64,000 bases of DNA from Diadema antillarum. Its lineage: Eukaryota. The translations under genes were made by a program, and so were the position numbers. This document shows, one piece after another, positions 13,086 to 27,515 of this stretch (positions within the stretch are counted from its first letter, which is position 1; each line of letters begins with the position of its first letter). The notes below the pieces were generated by a model, which was not told where the DNA came from, searched no databases, and worked only from the letters and a program-made list of their open reading frames with translations. Location: the NCBI RefSeq assembly GCF_040938485.1, contig NW_027272031.1, positions 434,001 through 498,000 of the forward strand, read 5' to 3'.

Positions 13086-13608
13086 AGTCAGTTGTGATGG
13101 TCTCTGCACTCGGACTCTAGGCAGTTTTACTTTTCTGTGTGGACAGAGCCGCAGCAACAAGATCGCTGATTGGCTGACTGCTTGATCATGCCCAACATCA
13201 GAACCGGACAATATTTTGGCCGAGAACCATTCTCGTTTTCCCCAGGACTGGAGGTTTATCGGATTTGAAAATGCGCAGAAGCAAATTTTGCAAACAGCAC
13301 ACTCAACTCACTGGTGAGTCGTGCTTGCGAAAGTTCTCTACTGTGATTTTGCAAACTAGTTTCAATCAATCAGACCCAGAAATCAGTTCCTTAGAACAAT
13401 GCAATGCAGTTCAAAGTGTGTGACAGTTTGAGATTTATGAATGAGGTCTTAAATCTATAGATCCTTGATGAAAATATTCTTAATTTCCTCTGCAGTATTT
13501 TTTTAACAAAGCAATACTTGGGATAAAAGATATTCATTCAAGAAGATGACCATCTCCACTCCATTAAAATTCAAGAAATCATTTTTTTTTTTTTTTGCTT
13601 TCATCTCT

Positions 13609-13701
13609 TTAACCCATTGAGGACGGACTGATTTCGCTACAACACGCATTTCCCATAGACACCTGCCTGAGTATACTCGGGACTCGTCCTTAACAGCTTA
13701 G
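13609..13701. mobile_element. Tiny piggyBac-like MITE, copy 1 (right end degenerate)
   Basis: TTAA-CCCATTGAGGACGG...GAGTATACTCGGGACTCGTCCTTAAC, homologous to the copies at 19066, 21647 and 40992. Confidence 0.8.
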
Positions 13702-14259
13702 CAGAATCTAAGTGTTGCATCAAACAGAAAAAAAAACAAAAACAGGCAATCTGGTCACAGAACTTGGTTTGACAATCAAACTGTGCCACACTGTGCCACA
13801 TTAGATGCAGTATACACTTTCTATCACTATGGAAACCGCATCAGCACATGCAATGCTGATGCCCTTGGGATGGTTCTATAGTTCTCATTGATCCAAAAGG
13901 CACAGTGCCACTCATTGGCTAACCAGTCTCCAGACTTGAAGTTCAGCTTGGCATGCTGCTACATAAATACACTGGACTGTTCCGGAGACACATACATGTA
14001 GCATCATGTGGATTCCACTAGCTCACTCTCGGACAGGTGGCAGAAAAATTGCACATAGAAGAGTAGACAGCCATTGGGCATTAAGATCTTTTGGCAAGAC
14101 TTACATGTAAATAATGTGACCCCTTTATATCTCTCTCCCCACATCACTAGAAATGTCAAAATACTTTTTATCTTCACAAGCATGCAAAAGCAAATGTTTA
14201 ACCTACCCACTATAAATGGAAATCTATACATTTTGCGAAAAGTTTTTTTTTTTTGTCTG

Positions 14260-14829
14260 TTAAAGGAAACTAAAACCCACATATGGATTGAGTGAAAGCA
14301 GCAATATTAACTGATTTCATCAGTGAAAGTTTGAGGAAAATTTAACATTCCATTCAAAAGTTATGAATTTTTACAGTTTCGATGCAATCATCACTGGACA
14401 AGGAGACTACTACAATTCAGGACATCATTATGGACAGCAATCAAATAAAAAACATGAAGAAAATCAAACATATTTTCACTTTTTTAGCATTATGAAAGAG
14501 CACTTGGCTTATTTCTTTTAGAAAGCAGAGGGAATATTATCCTTAGCATATGTCAGTACAATGTAGCTTGTCCATGGAATGTGTATTTTCCATGAAAAAT
14601 GAACTTTTGTGGAATTCTCCATATATTTTCTTTATATTGTTGTCCACAATGACATCATGAACTGTAGTACCCTCCTTATCTAGCAACTACTGCACTGAAA
14701 ATTCAAAAAATACAAATCATAACTTTTGAATTGACTGGTCAATTTTCCTCAAACTTCAGCTGATATGATCAACTAATATTGCTACTTTCACCCAATGCAA
14801 GTTCATATTTGTGTTTTGGTTTCCTTTAA
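14260..14829. mobile_element. Kolobok-type long-TIR MITE, family A
   Basis: TTAA-AGG...CCT-TTAA ends with long inverted arms (GGATTGAGTGAAAGCAGCAA...GAAAGTTTGAGGAAAA...AAAAGTTATGAATTTT). Homologous to the copies at 27.5, 55.7 and 60.2 kb. Confidence 0.85.
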
Positions 14830-16309
14830 CTTCAGTGCAAGAATACCTGGTCTCAAGCCCCAAGTCACCACGTGAACACATACCCCTTTCCTGGTCATAA
14901 TACTTCTAGGTAATAAGTGAGATAGACACAATTCAATCTAAAACCAACCTAAAAGGAAGTGACTAAATGATGCCCAAATCTTCTAATGTACTCATACTCC
15001 ACAGCAAATTGTTTACAGGGAATCTCTCCACCCTTGATTGATGTCATTTTGGATACTTTCTGGTGAAAGAAGAAACTTTTTTGAGAAATGGCGAGACTCA
15101 AGAAGGCAGAGCAAAAATCTTCAGAGCACTTGTCTCCTGAAACCTTTAACAACCCAAAATTGATGCTTTCCCCATCTCCTCAAGCCCCTTCTCCTCTTCC
15201 AGTATCAACTTCATCCTCCCGTTTCAGTTTCTGGAAACTCTGTTCCCATCGCAGGATAATGATGCATCAGTGTTAAGGGGGTACTGGGAATCGTTTTACC
15301 CACTAGTGAGATTGGTATCGGAGTTGAAGGCAGCCACAGGGGTGGACGTCAGGTGCCACTTCACATCACAGAAGCTCATCTTCCTATGATATGAATATAC
15401 CACTCAACTTATTACAAATTTCATGTATCTACATACACATATCCAAACACACAAAAATACACACATCCACACTCAAAAAGACTTCAAGTTTTATGAGGAA
15501 TTTTAGGAAATTACAAGACATGACATCTTAGCCCCTTAACCCTTCCTGTGTCATATAGACTTCGGGACAGTTTGCACGATACTATGAGACTTTCTCTGGC
15601 AATCAGCACTCAAAGGCTTAACCCACAGGAAGGCTTTGCCCACCTTCTTTGAGAACATGGTGGGCCCTGTATAAATTTGAGACTCTCCTAAGTAATGTTG
15701 TAGAAGCTTTAGAGTTCTAGACAGTCTATGGAGCCAACTTAGCCTATTCCTTTTTAACATTCAACTACAGCAAATAAGCTGCGATAATGACTAATATTCA
15801 GTCTGAAATTTTGCTCAGTATTCATCTCCAATTCACTCAAACTTTCAACCTCTTTTTCCCCCACATCAATATTATTTAAACCCATATTGCTCCCAAAGGT
15901 CAACAACCCTCTAGATACTTAACTAAAGCCCTGAAAAAATGTTGGATCGATTGAATACCTAAACCAATAGGAAAGGTTAAATTAATTCACCTGTTGTACT
16001 ATCAAGAATCCTGCACATACTACAACGTAGCTCTTCCTTTGGCACAGAACGGAGAAATACAAACAAATCAAATACCATTAACTAGCACTTCTTCTTTTTT
16101 ATATGTGAACAGGGCATGGCTTCGTTTCACAAAACAAATGGGAATGAGCTAACTTATCGGAATGAATTACACCATCCCCGAGCCACACCTAAGGTTCAAA
16201 AGTCTGATATCTTAATGACTTCCCTCCTCGCCCCACCCCCTCCTTAACCATCTCCTCTTTATTTTTCCTCCAGACCTGTTAATAAGATCTCACCAGGGAG
16301 ACAGAGTTT

Positions 16310-16790
16310 TCATCCCTTTGCTGCCATCCCATCTGCTTCTTCATCCTTCCTCTCTCATCCTTTCTATTTTCCCTTCACCTTTTCTCCTGCTCTCTTTCTT
16401 CATGTCTCTCCCTCCTTCCCTCTTTACTAATCTTTCTCTTTTTCTTTCCTTCCATCTTTCTTCTCTCACTCTCTCCTCTTTCTCTCTCCTTCCCTCTTTC
16501 TTCACATCTCTCCCTCCTCCCATCTCTTCTCATATTTCTCTTTCCTCTCTCTCTCTTCATCATTTCCCTTCTCCTTCTCTCCCTCCTCTTGTTGCTCTCT
16601 CCCCCCTCACTTTCTTTGTCTCTCCTCTCTCACTTTCTGTCTCTCCCTTCTTATTTCTCTCCTCCTTTCTCCCTCCTTATTCTATCCTTCCATCTATCCC
16701 TCCCTCCATCTCATCCCATCTTTCCCTCTCCCAATCTTCGTCTCTCTCGTTCTGTCTACAGTAGTATCCGTCCTCCATCTCCAACACTTT
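16310..16790. repeat. Polypyrimidine (CT-rich) tract
   Basis: About 480 bp of C/T on the + strand. It is the source of the Ser/Leu/Pro and Arg/Glu ORFs here. Confidence 0.9.
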
Positions 16791-17496
16791 AAAAACATGT
16801 TCCTTTTCTGACAGTCTTCTTGCCAGCGTTTTTTTTTTTAGCTCTCAATATTTCTTCCGTCGCATCATCTGCAAACAACCTGAAGCAGCTTCTGCTGTGC
16901 TCTTCGTTCTGATCCATTTGTTATCTCTAATTTTTATCTCGTGTTGTGTCATGCCTACAAACACAAACACGAAGAGGTACGGTCCGTTCATGAACCTATT
17001 TCTCAAATTCAATTATTTCTTGTTATGCCAATCGAAGGTATTCAGTGTTTTCATTGATACAAATCACCTCTGGCACCTGCAAATACTTCTTCTCTCGTTT
17101 TCAGAAACAAGTCACTTTCTCTGACATCCTTTTGTTTCTTCTTTTCTTTTTTTCTTTTCTTTTTTTTTGGGGGGGGGGGGGTTCTCATTCTGTTTAGCTG
17201 AGTTCATCCAAGCTTTCCTTCTTACAAAAAGAGATGTAGGATTAGTATATCACACATCTACTTTTTAACATCATTTTCCTCCAAAATAATGACAATAAAT
17301 ACATTCTCAATAAGTAACAAGGTGAAATATGTTTAGGTTATACTTTTAACAATCAGAACCTTCTGTAATAAGCCCAATATAAAATGTAATTTATCATTAT
17401 TACTGAAGTATTTCACTATCACAAGAATAAGATCAAAGTCACAAGAATATCATCAGAACCAAATTTCTGAAAAGAAGAACAGATGGTAAAACCATT

Positions 17497-17661
17497 TCAT
17501 TAAGAATAAAACTTTGCCACTCAATATGAAACTAGCATCACATATCTTTACAATGACAAATTATGCATCAAAACAAATTCATTAAGAATTAAACTTTGTA
17601 ACTGAATATGAAACTAATATTACATGTCTTTTATAATGGAAAATTATGCATTCAGACTATT
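17497..17661. repeat. Two diverged tandem copies of a roughly 82-bp AT-rich unit
   Basis: TCATTAAGAAT(A/T)AAACTTTG...AATATGAAACTA...AAATTATGCAT starts at 17497 and again at 17579. Confidence 0.7.
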
Positions 17662-19065
17662 TCACAATCAATCACAACTTTAAGCAGGACTTATTACTGC
17701 AAATAAGATAACTTGCAGTCGCTGATAGTCTCCTACTGAATACACTCATTCCTCCAGAGTGACCTAACAGTATGATGCTGCTACAGACATGGGTTTCTGC
17801 ATTCATTTTTGACAGCAGTTAGCTCTTATTAGGAACTAAAATTTTTCACTCTCAATAAATGTCAAATCCTGTCATGATTTATCAAAAATCATCTGGGTAT
17901 TATCACTTACTCATGATTACTACAAGTCATCCAATCACTTTTCTAAAAATCCCACTTCAAATGCTATAACAAGGAACTTCAAAAAAATTCCCCACAATAA
18001 AGTAGCTATTCAACCAATTACACAAACCTACAAAATTGTTTGACGCAGTTTTACTTCATGATGCACCATACGTGAGATTCAAAGAAATCATTGTGTGGTA
18101 AGTAGATATTACTACTCCTTCAAACAGTAGTGGAGAGTAGTATAGACTTCTGACGAAATGCAAGAAAGAGATAGGTTAAAAGTACACATTTACATTCAGT
18201 TTGAAAAGTGATAACATGCAAATATCCATGCATGGTAAATATAGCATTTATCACTATCAAATTTGGGATTTATTTTTTTTTTGCACACACAATAGATAGG
18301 TCACTGAAATGAATAATCAAAACACGGCCCATTTTGGGGGAAAATAGCAGATAATTACTTACCAATGGGATATTACGTATTGCCAACCTTTTCATATTGC
18401 GTGCGATTCACATGCGACATGGACAAGATAATGGACATGATATCCAATTCCATTTGCATTTAAAACCTATAAGTAGAATCATATTTGGAAGTGTGGGAAC
18501 TGAGGTGTACAACAGTTGGGAACATATTTTTAAAGTCCTGGTGATGAGTGGCATTCCCCATTAAGTGGATCAAGTGGTGATATGTTTTCCTAGCCCTATT
18601 GCCAAAAATATCACTTTGAGGAGCAGCAAAGGAGGCAGCCTCAGGTGTTGGGAATCAGAAAATTGAATTACAATCCCACCAAACGCATCGCCTCCTGACG
18701 CAGCCAGACACATGATATGTTGCCATGGTAACCAAAGCAGCAACGCCAACATCACTCGACTCTCGGGCGAATTCTGGAGAAGGATCCCAGGCACATGAGG
18801 AGTAAGGCAGTAACTGGGATACCATCCCGAGAGGATCGCATGCCTTGCAACCCGTGTTCTGGGATTAGCCGAAAGATCACCGCATGCCAACTCAGGAAGA
18901 AACAAAATTGTTCAACATCTGCGCCGAAACTTGTGTCATGACATGTGCAAAGGATCCTCTGTCTCGGAGCACAGGATCCTCTGTCTCAGAGCACAGCTTT
19001 GGTTCTAATGCTCTGACACAGAACAATAACCTTGGCCTTTAAAGTTATCAGCTTCGCAGATTCTT

Positions 19066-19158
19066 TTAACCCGTTGAGGACGGTTTGATTTTGCTACAAG
19101 ACGCATTTCCCATAGATGCTTGCCCGAGTATACTCGGGACTCGTCCTTAACGGGTTAA
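19066..19158. mobile_element. Tiny piggyBac-like MITE, copy 2 (85 bp plus TTAA TSDs)
   Basis: TTAA-CCCGTTGAGGACG ... CGTCCTTAACGGG-TTAA with the internal palindrome CCCGAGTATACTCGGG. Confidence 0.9.
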
Positions 19159-21646
19159 CAGCATTTTGGATGCAATTAATTCTTGAAATAAGAATCCAAC
19201 CTCACAAAAAGTTGAACCAGAAGTATAGTTTTAAAGCACCCAGGCCCCCCTCCCCTATCCTCCATCCCAAGAAACCCCCCCCCCCAAAAAAAAAAAAAAA
19301 GATAAGAGCAACCCTCTCCAATATTATTATTCTATTTCATTCCATATTCAAACCTACATGGTTGACTACACATGAAAATGTCCATGTGTTCATGATTATG
19401 AAGACACACAAACTCAACCAGATTATTGTTTTTATTACAACTGATTGACAGATTGCCCATCAATGACATAAATAATTTCACTGATTTTTCAGTGTTTCAG
19501 GTCAGTAAGTGTATGAAAAATCCTGGGCATATATGCTGAGGTTGGAATATTGTTTTTACTGTAAGTTAAGATCAGATGTCTATCACAAGTTCCCACGCGG
19601 AAATATGAAGGGGGGATGGATGAAATATCCCTTTGCTTTGTATCCAGCAAAATATCTTTTTGCTTTGTATCCAGCAAAACAGACTTTTGTGATTACGTCA
19701 TTAGTCCTTTATGGAGGGGAGCACTACAAGTGTTGAATCTTCTTGCAGAGATGTTCCTTTCATTCACTATTTGATTTTTCCTTTTGCATGGCAATGTCAC
19801 AGAAAGCACATTTTCCATTTATTACCATTTCCATCCATTTCTTTGGATGCTATACGACAGCTTTAAATCGGTGGAGAGTGTCTCCCTTTTAGAAGAAGTC
19901 GGATTCAACTCAGATGAAAGTGAACAGAGTGTTGAAGACTGTGTACGCTCACAGTCTGTCTGGAAAAATGTTGACATTCAGTACGTCTCAGCATACTGTC
20001 CCTAAACACACATACAGAAAGCGTTTTCTTGCATTTAGTTACAAAGTCATAGATAATCCTCTCTTCCATTTGGACAGTGAGGACAAGGTGATGGATAGGG
20101 TGTCCACAAGTTTAAGTCCCAGAAAAGAAAAATCGGACAGACGCTTCCACATTTTTAATAGATCACTAACGTCATACATGTAACTGAAAATCATCAACAT
20201 CAAGGAAATATTTCACGTTTTCTAGACTCTGATATTTTCAGATATATTTACGTCAATACATGCTCTTTTCAATGAGGACTCTGCCTAGAGATGAAAATGA
20301 ATCTCCCCAAATGAGAAACAAAAAATTATATGCTTGCAAATTTAAAACTTTAGAGCTGGTTTGCCCATGGTAGTAACATCATTCTTTCAGTAGGTTATAA
20401 TGCAAAAATGATATCATGAAAATAACAACTTGGACATCAGCTTTCTTTTTTGCTTCTTTTTTATCATAAAGAAGCAGTATTACTCAAAAAAGACATTCAA
20501 AGAATTGATCTAGAAAAGATGATGTCAGAATTTTACAGGACGAAGTAGATATTGGCCCCGAAGACGGTCGGTTCATCGTCTCCTCAACAAACTGGAGTGT
20601 CATCTCTATCCAAGTCAACCTACACGGATTGCCGGCCATTAGTGCCCCAGAACCTCGGCAACTCTTGGCAACTTGTCGATAAAGCTCAAAAACAAAGCTA
20701 TCGATTTCCTCCGGTTTCGGGTCCCTCTCCTGGATACTTTTCTTTCTGCTCGGGGCGGTCGAAAGAGCCATTTTCGAGACATTTCCACTAACATCATCTT
20801 ACTTGAGCTTGTACTTAGCCGACATCAAACTGATTTACTAAATATTGATTATTGACTTGCCGTGACGTATCTTCAGGAACTCATTCAAGCTTACACGTAA
20901 GGAAATAATTTTCAAATCAATGACAATGAGAATGAATGTTCTTCTCGAACAGCCCCACCTGTGGGCATGGAAGAATAATAAAAAAAAAGAAATAATAATA
21001 TTCTAAGAATTACGTAGCAAATGCTGGCTGTTACAGTTCTGCATCCCTGTTTAACAGTACCACCAAAAAAGATTTGCGTCTGTGTTTGTTACTCTCTTTA
21101 ATCAGCAGAATTTGTCCGTTAAAAACATTTGCTCCACAGTGCCAAGTCCAAACATAAAATCCTTTTGTTTACTCCTGATTACTATTATATGCATGTGTTT
21201 TTTGAAGGCATACTTTTGTTCGTTCTTTTTGTTTGTGTAATTTTGATGTAATAGACTACTTGTGACTTCTTGAATGATAGGCACTTCATGACAGGTGTGC
21301 ATCACTGTTATCATTTGATGTTCATATAAATATTATCATCATCATCATTAATCTTCAATATTATCACTATAAATTATCATTATCTTCCTTACTATTAAAT
21401 ATGTCCAAAGTCTGGATTTAGGCCCAGTAAATCCTTTGCTTGTTCTTTGTTTACCTGTTGAGATCTCATTAAAATAATTAATAAAGTATGCCATATGAGG
21501 AATAATCAATTCATAAGCTAAACACATCTAATTTATCTTCTCTCAATGCTTGATGAGCTCAAACACTTTAGAGCTGTTAACTTGTCATCTTTTCTATTGG
21601 CATGTTATTAATTCCTCACACCCAAAACAAAAGAAAATTAAACAAA

Positions 21647-21739
21647 TTAACCCGTTGAGGACAGACTGATTTTGCTGCAACACACATTTTCTATAAACAC
21701 TTGTCCGAGTATACTCGGGACTCATCCCCAACGGGTTAA
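21647..21739. mobile_element. Tiny piggyBac-like MITE, copy 3
   Basis: TTAA-CCCGTTGAGGAC ... TCCCCAACGGG-TTAA, the same 93-bp span as copy 2. Confidence 0.9.
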
Positions 21740-24700
21740 AGCAATTAGCTACTACTAATAGGGGAGTCCACATTCAGTGGTTATAGTTCCCCATGGTTCA
21801 AGTAACAGGCAGTGGTAATGAAATATGGATTACAAGGATTGAATAAACCCCATATCATCAACAGTCAGCTATCAGACAGCCCTGTCAATCGACACAGACC
21901 ACCAAACCACCAGCGGAGCTCATGATAGACACACAAGACATGGCTAGCATTGATCTTGTTTTCATTGTGACTGTCTTCTGTATGTGGTGAAGAATCAATC
22001 TCTTTTGCCAGCTGAGGTAAAGCAATGGTTTCACAAGATTTTCACTTGCCATCCAAAGACCTATTGAGATTCAATTCAGACTGGGACAATCCCAGTCAGG
22101 CGAGTATCGATCAGAGGAACGACCAAAAGGGCACACGCTGGTCAGATTCCCGCAATCGACTGCATCAGAGATCGCAACTCATGCGTACAACGGCGCCGAG
22201 CCTGGCTGGCGGGGAGCAAATCGTGTCCTACATTTGCAGATGCTGCTGCCTGCAACGGTGCGTGACCAGGAGATTGCCACACACTGGCATAAGATAGACT
22301 GCACGCCACAGCAGAATACAACCATTCCTGCCCTTACAAGTGGGAATCATTCCGATGCAATCATCTCTTGTATATTTGGATGCTCAAGAGCGAAGTCTTG
22401 CCACACTCAGAAGAGTACTGGGGAGCAGAGTAAAACCCATTTCAATCTTTCATCCATCACTGACATTGAGCCGATATGTTTTGTATCTCACTCGAAGTCT
22501 TTGCTACGCTGATTATAGTCTGCATGTATTTCCACTACATTTCTCAATTTCAATGCTTGTTTTATTCATACACATGTTTCTCCTTGAAGTGTCTTTACAG
22601 TAGTGTTTAGAGTCTTTCAATCAATTAACCTGCATTAATTGCACTTAGAAAAATAGACCAAGCAACTCACATGGTGAATTTAATAACATATCACATTTAA
22701 TGCAACGTAGACCCTTTCTCCCTTCATTCATCTCCACGCTTACTGGACTTGATGATGAAGCTGCCAAAGTCTTGAATGGTAATTAAACTCCATGCATCAT
22801 ATGAGGCTTTCCCCTGGCCTCTTTTACTGGAGGCTTGCTGGGATGCTGTCTCATTACCGTAGCAACAAGTCATTGCCCTCCACTGATTCCTTTCTGATGG
22901 TTCCTTATTTTTTTTTTATCCTGTCTCAAACAACATTCTACTTTCACCTTATCTGCGAGCTTCCCTACATACTTCCAGTGAAATCTGCGCCATTTCAGGC
23001 CATCTAAACGTGAATCAAAACGGCAGACTTAGAGGATAACGTTACTCATGATCTTGTAAAAAGCTACGGATAAGGAGGAATGTATATACAAATCAAGTTA
23101 CACACTATGAAGTGTTCTTTCACTCAGAAGGGTGAACTAGTTTTCTCTTGAAGACTAATCTTTGCAAGGCAAGCCTTCTTATGTTCTTGTAAAAAGGTAT
23201 ACAAAACATTACATTTTCATTCAAATGTCTAAATTCTGTATTCCCCTTTAGAGCAGGGTCAGTGATTTCTGTCCAAAGCTTGAACACAATCATCATTCTC
23301 CGTCCGTGGATGAAGGAACCAGCTTTGGAAACTAGTGACTCCTAAAAAGATAACCAAACACTTCATAGACTTAGAGGTAGCACATAAAATCTAAGTTTAT
23401 AATGTCATATGCCTCAACATATTTTCATGACAGTGTCATCCTAATCATAATCATTCTGCTTAATCCTTTAAGCCAACTGATTTATCAATGAATTTGTAGA
23501 TATACCATTCTCTGAACCTTTAAGCTAATCTTACAAAAAAAAAAATGAATAAGCATCCTTTTTGATAGAGTATTTGTCAAAAAAAAAAACACATACATTG
23601 GCATGAGCCATACATCCAACATAAAATTACACACAGCTAATTCTTCCTTTTTACCTCTCCCTCTTGGCTTCCATATATGAAAAGAGAAAAGCCTCTTACA
23701 GGGTGATTTCTTGTCACTGGCATTGCCCTAGGAGGGTACAAATCTTCACATCATAAATATCTCAATTGATGCTCTGTCATTCTACAGAGCTGTTGTCAAC
23801 ATATACAATACACTGTCAAAAAGTCTACCACTTCATGCACTTTGGTTGGATGATGTCACATCTTGCCAGAGAACACAAACATTACTACAATGCTTACTTC
23901 CGAACACGTGAAACACCATCATATTGTGGAATATGGGTATTATGATTATTTCTAGAACTTTTCAGGAAAAGGAAAGACAACAAATGGTTTTCTATAACCC
24001 AATGCCATGAATATAAAGAGATTTCTGTGAGTGTGCATACTTTGTTTCATCCATGTGAGTCTTCAACAGATTTCAACATGAGAGTCATACCATGAGGATT
24101 TCTGAGAAGAGAGGAGTTGCAACACTCGGCAGAACAATTAGACCGGTTGAAAACGCTCTCCGCTGCATCGTCTGGGATATTACGCAGACTTATCGACAAG
24201 GTCTGGCAGCCACAAGTGAGGGAGATAACCACCTCTCTCAGTCCCACGCACGACACCGTTGGATCGGCCAGAGCAAAATGTACGGAGCAAACTACCTTTT
24301 TCATTTCCTGGACTTGCAGGTTATTCAAGTTGTGGGGTTCCTTGTTGCTGTTGTTGTTGTCTTGTATCTTTTGTCTAATTTTTTTTTTCTCACACTCAAC
24401 GACCAAATGATGGTTGCAGGCATTTAAATCACCACCAGCCAGTAATTTGCAGTCACTTTTACAAAGTCCATTCAGGACAGTAGAGGTCAACTACAGGACA
24501 AATCAGCCCACTGAAATGCTACACAAATAGGCTGTCATGGATAATTTTGATTAGTTTTTCTAGAATCATGCATATTCCTGTCCTGAAACAACTTTTTTTT
24601 TTCTATTTGTTTGATATGATATTACGGTTAAAGCGTGGCTAAATTTGGGGGGTTTATGACAATGCTACACTTACATATTTGAGTTTTTCTTCCAATTCTA

Positions 24701-26693
24701 TTTCTTCTTTATTTTTGGAGTAAAATGTTGATAATTACATATGGTACACATTCCTTGGAGGAAAAAACAAAAGAATGCCAAAGTGTTTTCTTTTTTTTTC
24801 TGAACGAGTGGCGATTCAGAAGATTTACAGATGTTACTGGCACAATGATAAAAAACGATGGAATGAGATCGAAACTAGTAGGATCAATCGCAAGGATGAA
24901 TTACACCTGTTTACTGACTCTTCCGAAATAGAATCCAGAGAGTAAATAAGCAAAAAAATAAAAATAAATTCTCCCTACACCTTTCACAACAAAACAAACA
25001 ACACGGTGGAAGAGATTCCTTGACTGACTGCATAGAGACGCGAATGTAAGTGTAAACAAACGCAGATGTGCTATCGACTGGGAGCCATTCTATCTTAGTC
25101 CCTTGAAGCGGTCGATGGCCAGGACAGAGTCAAAACATTTCCAGCAGGACGAGTCACTAATATAAGTGCAGCCGCTGTCAGTGTTATCGCGGTGTTTTCG
25201 GCCCGGGCAGTCTTAGCGTTTGGATTCTCCGCCCTGTGCCGGGGGTATCGCCTTGCTGAAACAACATCTGAGCAAATTAATTCCACTGATTGATGGTGTG
25301 GAGGGCAGGCCAGAGTGAATCTGATGAGGTAAAGCGTTTGGAATCACTTCTAGACGAGGCAAATTGTAAAGAAATTGAAACAAGTGACGCATCCGCAAAT
25401 CACCCACCTCGGCCTCAGAAGGCAGCTAAAAATAGCCACATTACTCCTGTGACTACAAAATGTCTCTTATTGGTCAATATTTTGATAGGTTTGTATGTTA
25501 CACAACAGTCACCTTCATCCTCATTACGCCGAAGGTTTTATATTTCATCCCCAAAACTTTCAAGACAAAATCGGTCCCTCTGCAGAAATCACACAAAAAC
25601 CACACATTTTGGTCTTTTTTCGGGCTTTTGGGGAGAATACAATGTGTACTTCTTCAAGGTACTAAGATCATGTCATTTTATTGAATTCATAATTAATCAG
25701 GACTTGTGAAGGCAACATCAAAAACAATATCAGGTGATAAATCAATGCAGAACCACAAACATAGTCAGTAAATTCAGCTGTCCAAAGATCCAACGATGCG
25801 CAGTGAGATTTATCATAAAGAGCCTGATTTATTGTAAAACAGAATCTACTGCTGACAGTATCTGTATTTACTAAATGAACATTTCAAAAAATGAAAAAGA
25901 ATAAGAAAGAGAAGAAGACACTACAACCCTTATTGTCCGAAGCCAGGGATCTTGTTTGAAACTTGATGTTATTAAACTTGAAGATTTATGTGGATATTTT
26001 AGACAGAGAGGAAAAGTTTACATGGGAGAAAAATTCTCATTGATTCCACAGTCCCTATTTCTCCATCCTCTCAAATAATTTTTTTTTCAGTTGTTGTTTT
26101 AGGATAGATTTACAAAAATCCTTTCTGCATGCCAGCTTCATGTATTTATTGATTGAATGAAGGCAGAACTTCTTTCCTTACACTATTCAATGTTGCTTTT
26201 CTGTTAATCTTGCAGATGCAGTTTTAGATTACATTTTACAATCAATAATTTCCTCACTGAAAAAAAAAAATGAAAGATGTTTCTCAAGTAGTTCTGGGAA
26301 AGCAAACCTAGGATGCATGATGATTGCTACATGTTTTTGGAGAATACCGGAATGCAGAGATACATTATGCATGCTACTAGTTTTGTGATTACACCCCCTC
26401 CCCCCCCCCCCACCCCAAACAATCAACCGGTTGAATGTTAACATGGATTTTTCAGAGAAGGGGGTATTCAACCATTTGGTTCTAACTCTGAAGCAATTCC
26501 TAGAGTTACTGTGTCCATTATCTCTAGGTACAGGGATATGGTTTTTACGAAGATTTGATAAAACAAACCAATAACTTAAATAGACCTTCAGAATTCATTA
26601 TCCAAGGTACAAATTGGCTCTATCAAATTTACACATTTTAAGAGTTCTCCGAATTTCTGTCCACATTTATGGTCAATCAATACGAACATAAAG

Positions 26694-26938
26694 TACTGTA
26701 TACGCCGAATATTTTGCGAGGTTTTTATTTTTGCGAATTTTGCGAGTCAGCTGCTATTTGCGAAATTAAAAAAACGCAGAAATATTGACTCTGATCCTGA
26801 TATGAATGTGATGCACGTGCAACACATTTCTCCGTTCGGTACAGGACTCCATGATCGCGAATTTAACCACTCACGAAATCATTGGTAAGTCTCGATTCGC
26901 AAAAATTTAGATTCGCAAAATATATGGCGTATACAGTA
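26694..26938. mobile_element. TA-flanked MITE (Tc1/mariner/pogo-like)
   Basis: TA-CTGTATACGCC ... GGCGTATACAG-TA with repeated subterminal TTTGCGA/TCGCAAA motifs. Confidence 0.85.
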
Positions 26939-27008
26939 CCGGCATGCCACTTCCTGTTGTACTCATTTACATGTACATTTTCGCCAAACAAGCCTACGAC
27001 TGTGATGA

Positions 27009-27217
27009 TACTATTGTAAAAGCTGCCATTTTCGCATACAGATATTTTCGCAAATGAGGTCAAAGACATTTTTATGACAGTTTCTTTTCACGATTTTGAA
27101 TTCAAAGCTATTGTAAGTACACTAATGCCTGTCCATTTGCGATATTTTTGCACCCCGGCAGTGACTCAAGCAATTTGCAAAAATCAAACCCTCCCAAAAA
27201 TAACAGTTTTTACAGTA
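27009..27217. mobile_element. Related TA-flanked MITE (degenerate left end)
   Basis: TGTAAAAGCTG...TTTTCGC at the left and CAGTTTTTACAG-TA at the right. Confidence 0.6.
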
Positions 27218-27319
27218 GTTAGCTTTCCACCAGTCAGGAACAACCTCTGTAGTAAAGAGTTGCACAAGATTCGAATATGGTGTCAGTTTACTGGTCTGCT
27301 GATTCTAGACATGACATCA

Positions 27320-27354
<35 letters not shown>

Positions 27355-27515
27355 AAACAGTGTTTGATGAGCAATGTATCAAATTTTGGCATGGATTGAT
27401 AAACTGATCACAGGAATATGGCATGTTGAATGTAAGCCGTATGGATGATCACATCAGCTAACAGGCAACGGATTACTGTGCCAAATATTCTTTCTGACTT
27501 ACGAATCATCTTACA

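Noticed and set aside
15575-15760. Minus-strand KRNRLSWLHRLSR, resembling the C-terminal RLRWLGHV motif of RTE/L2 LINEs
   Set aside because: The similarity is too short and diverged to call without a profile search.
15991-16036. Possible 46-bp minus-strand exon ending ACAACAG|gtgaatta like the 40.7-kb exon
   Set aside because: The shared sequence is limited to about 14 nt at the donor and the translations are unrelated, so there is no evidence of paralogy.
16855-17000. Minus-strand GPYLF ... RLFADDA, resembling LINE RT motifs
   Set aside because: The motifs are in different frames with no flanking RT motifs. A plausible relic, but unsupported.
23250-23950. Two possible minus-strand exons joining to ...FHVFGRVTSFQSWFLHPRTENDDCVQALDRNH*
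   Set aside because: No recognisable protein, no codon signal, and no further linked exons.
24047-24490. 147-aa minus-strand ORF with LLAGGDLNA, like the LINE endonuclease GDFN motif
   Set aside because: The downstream endonuclease motifs (W...TF/W, RIDY) are absent, so it was left unassigned.
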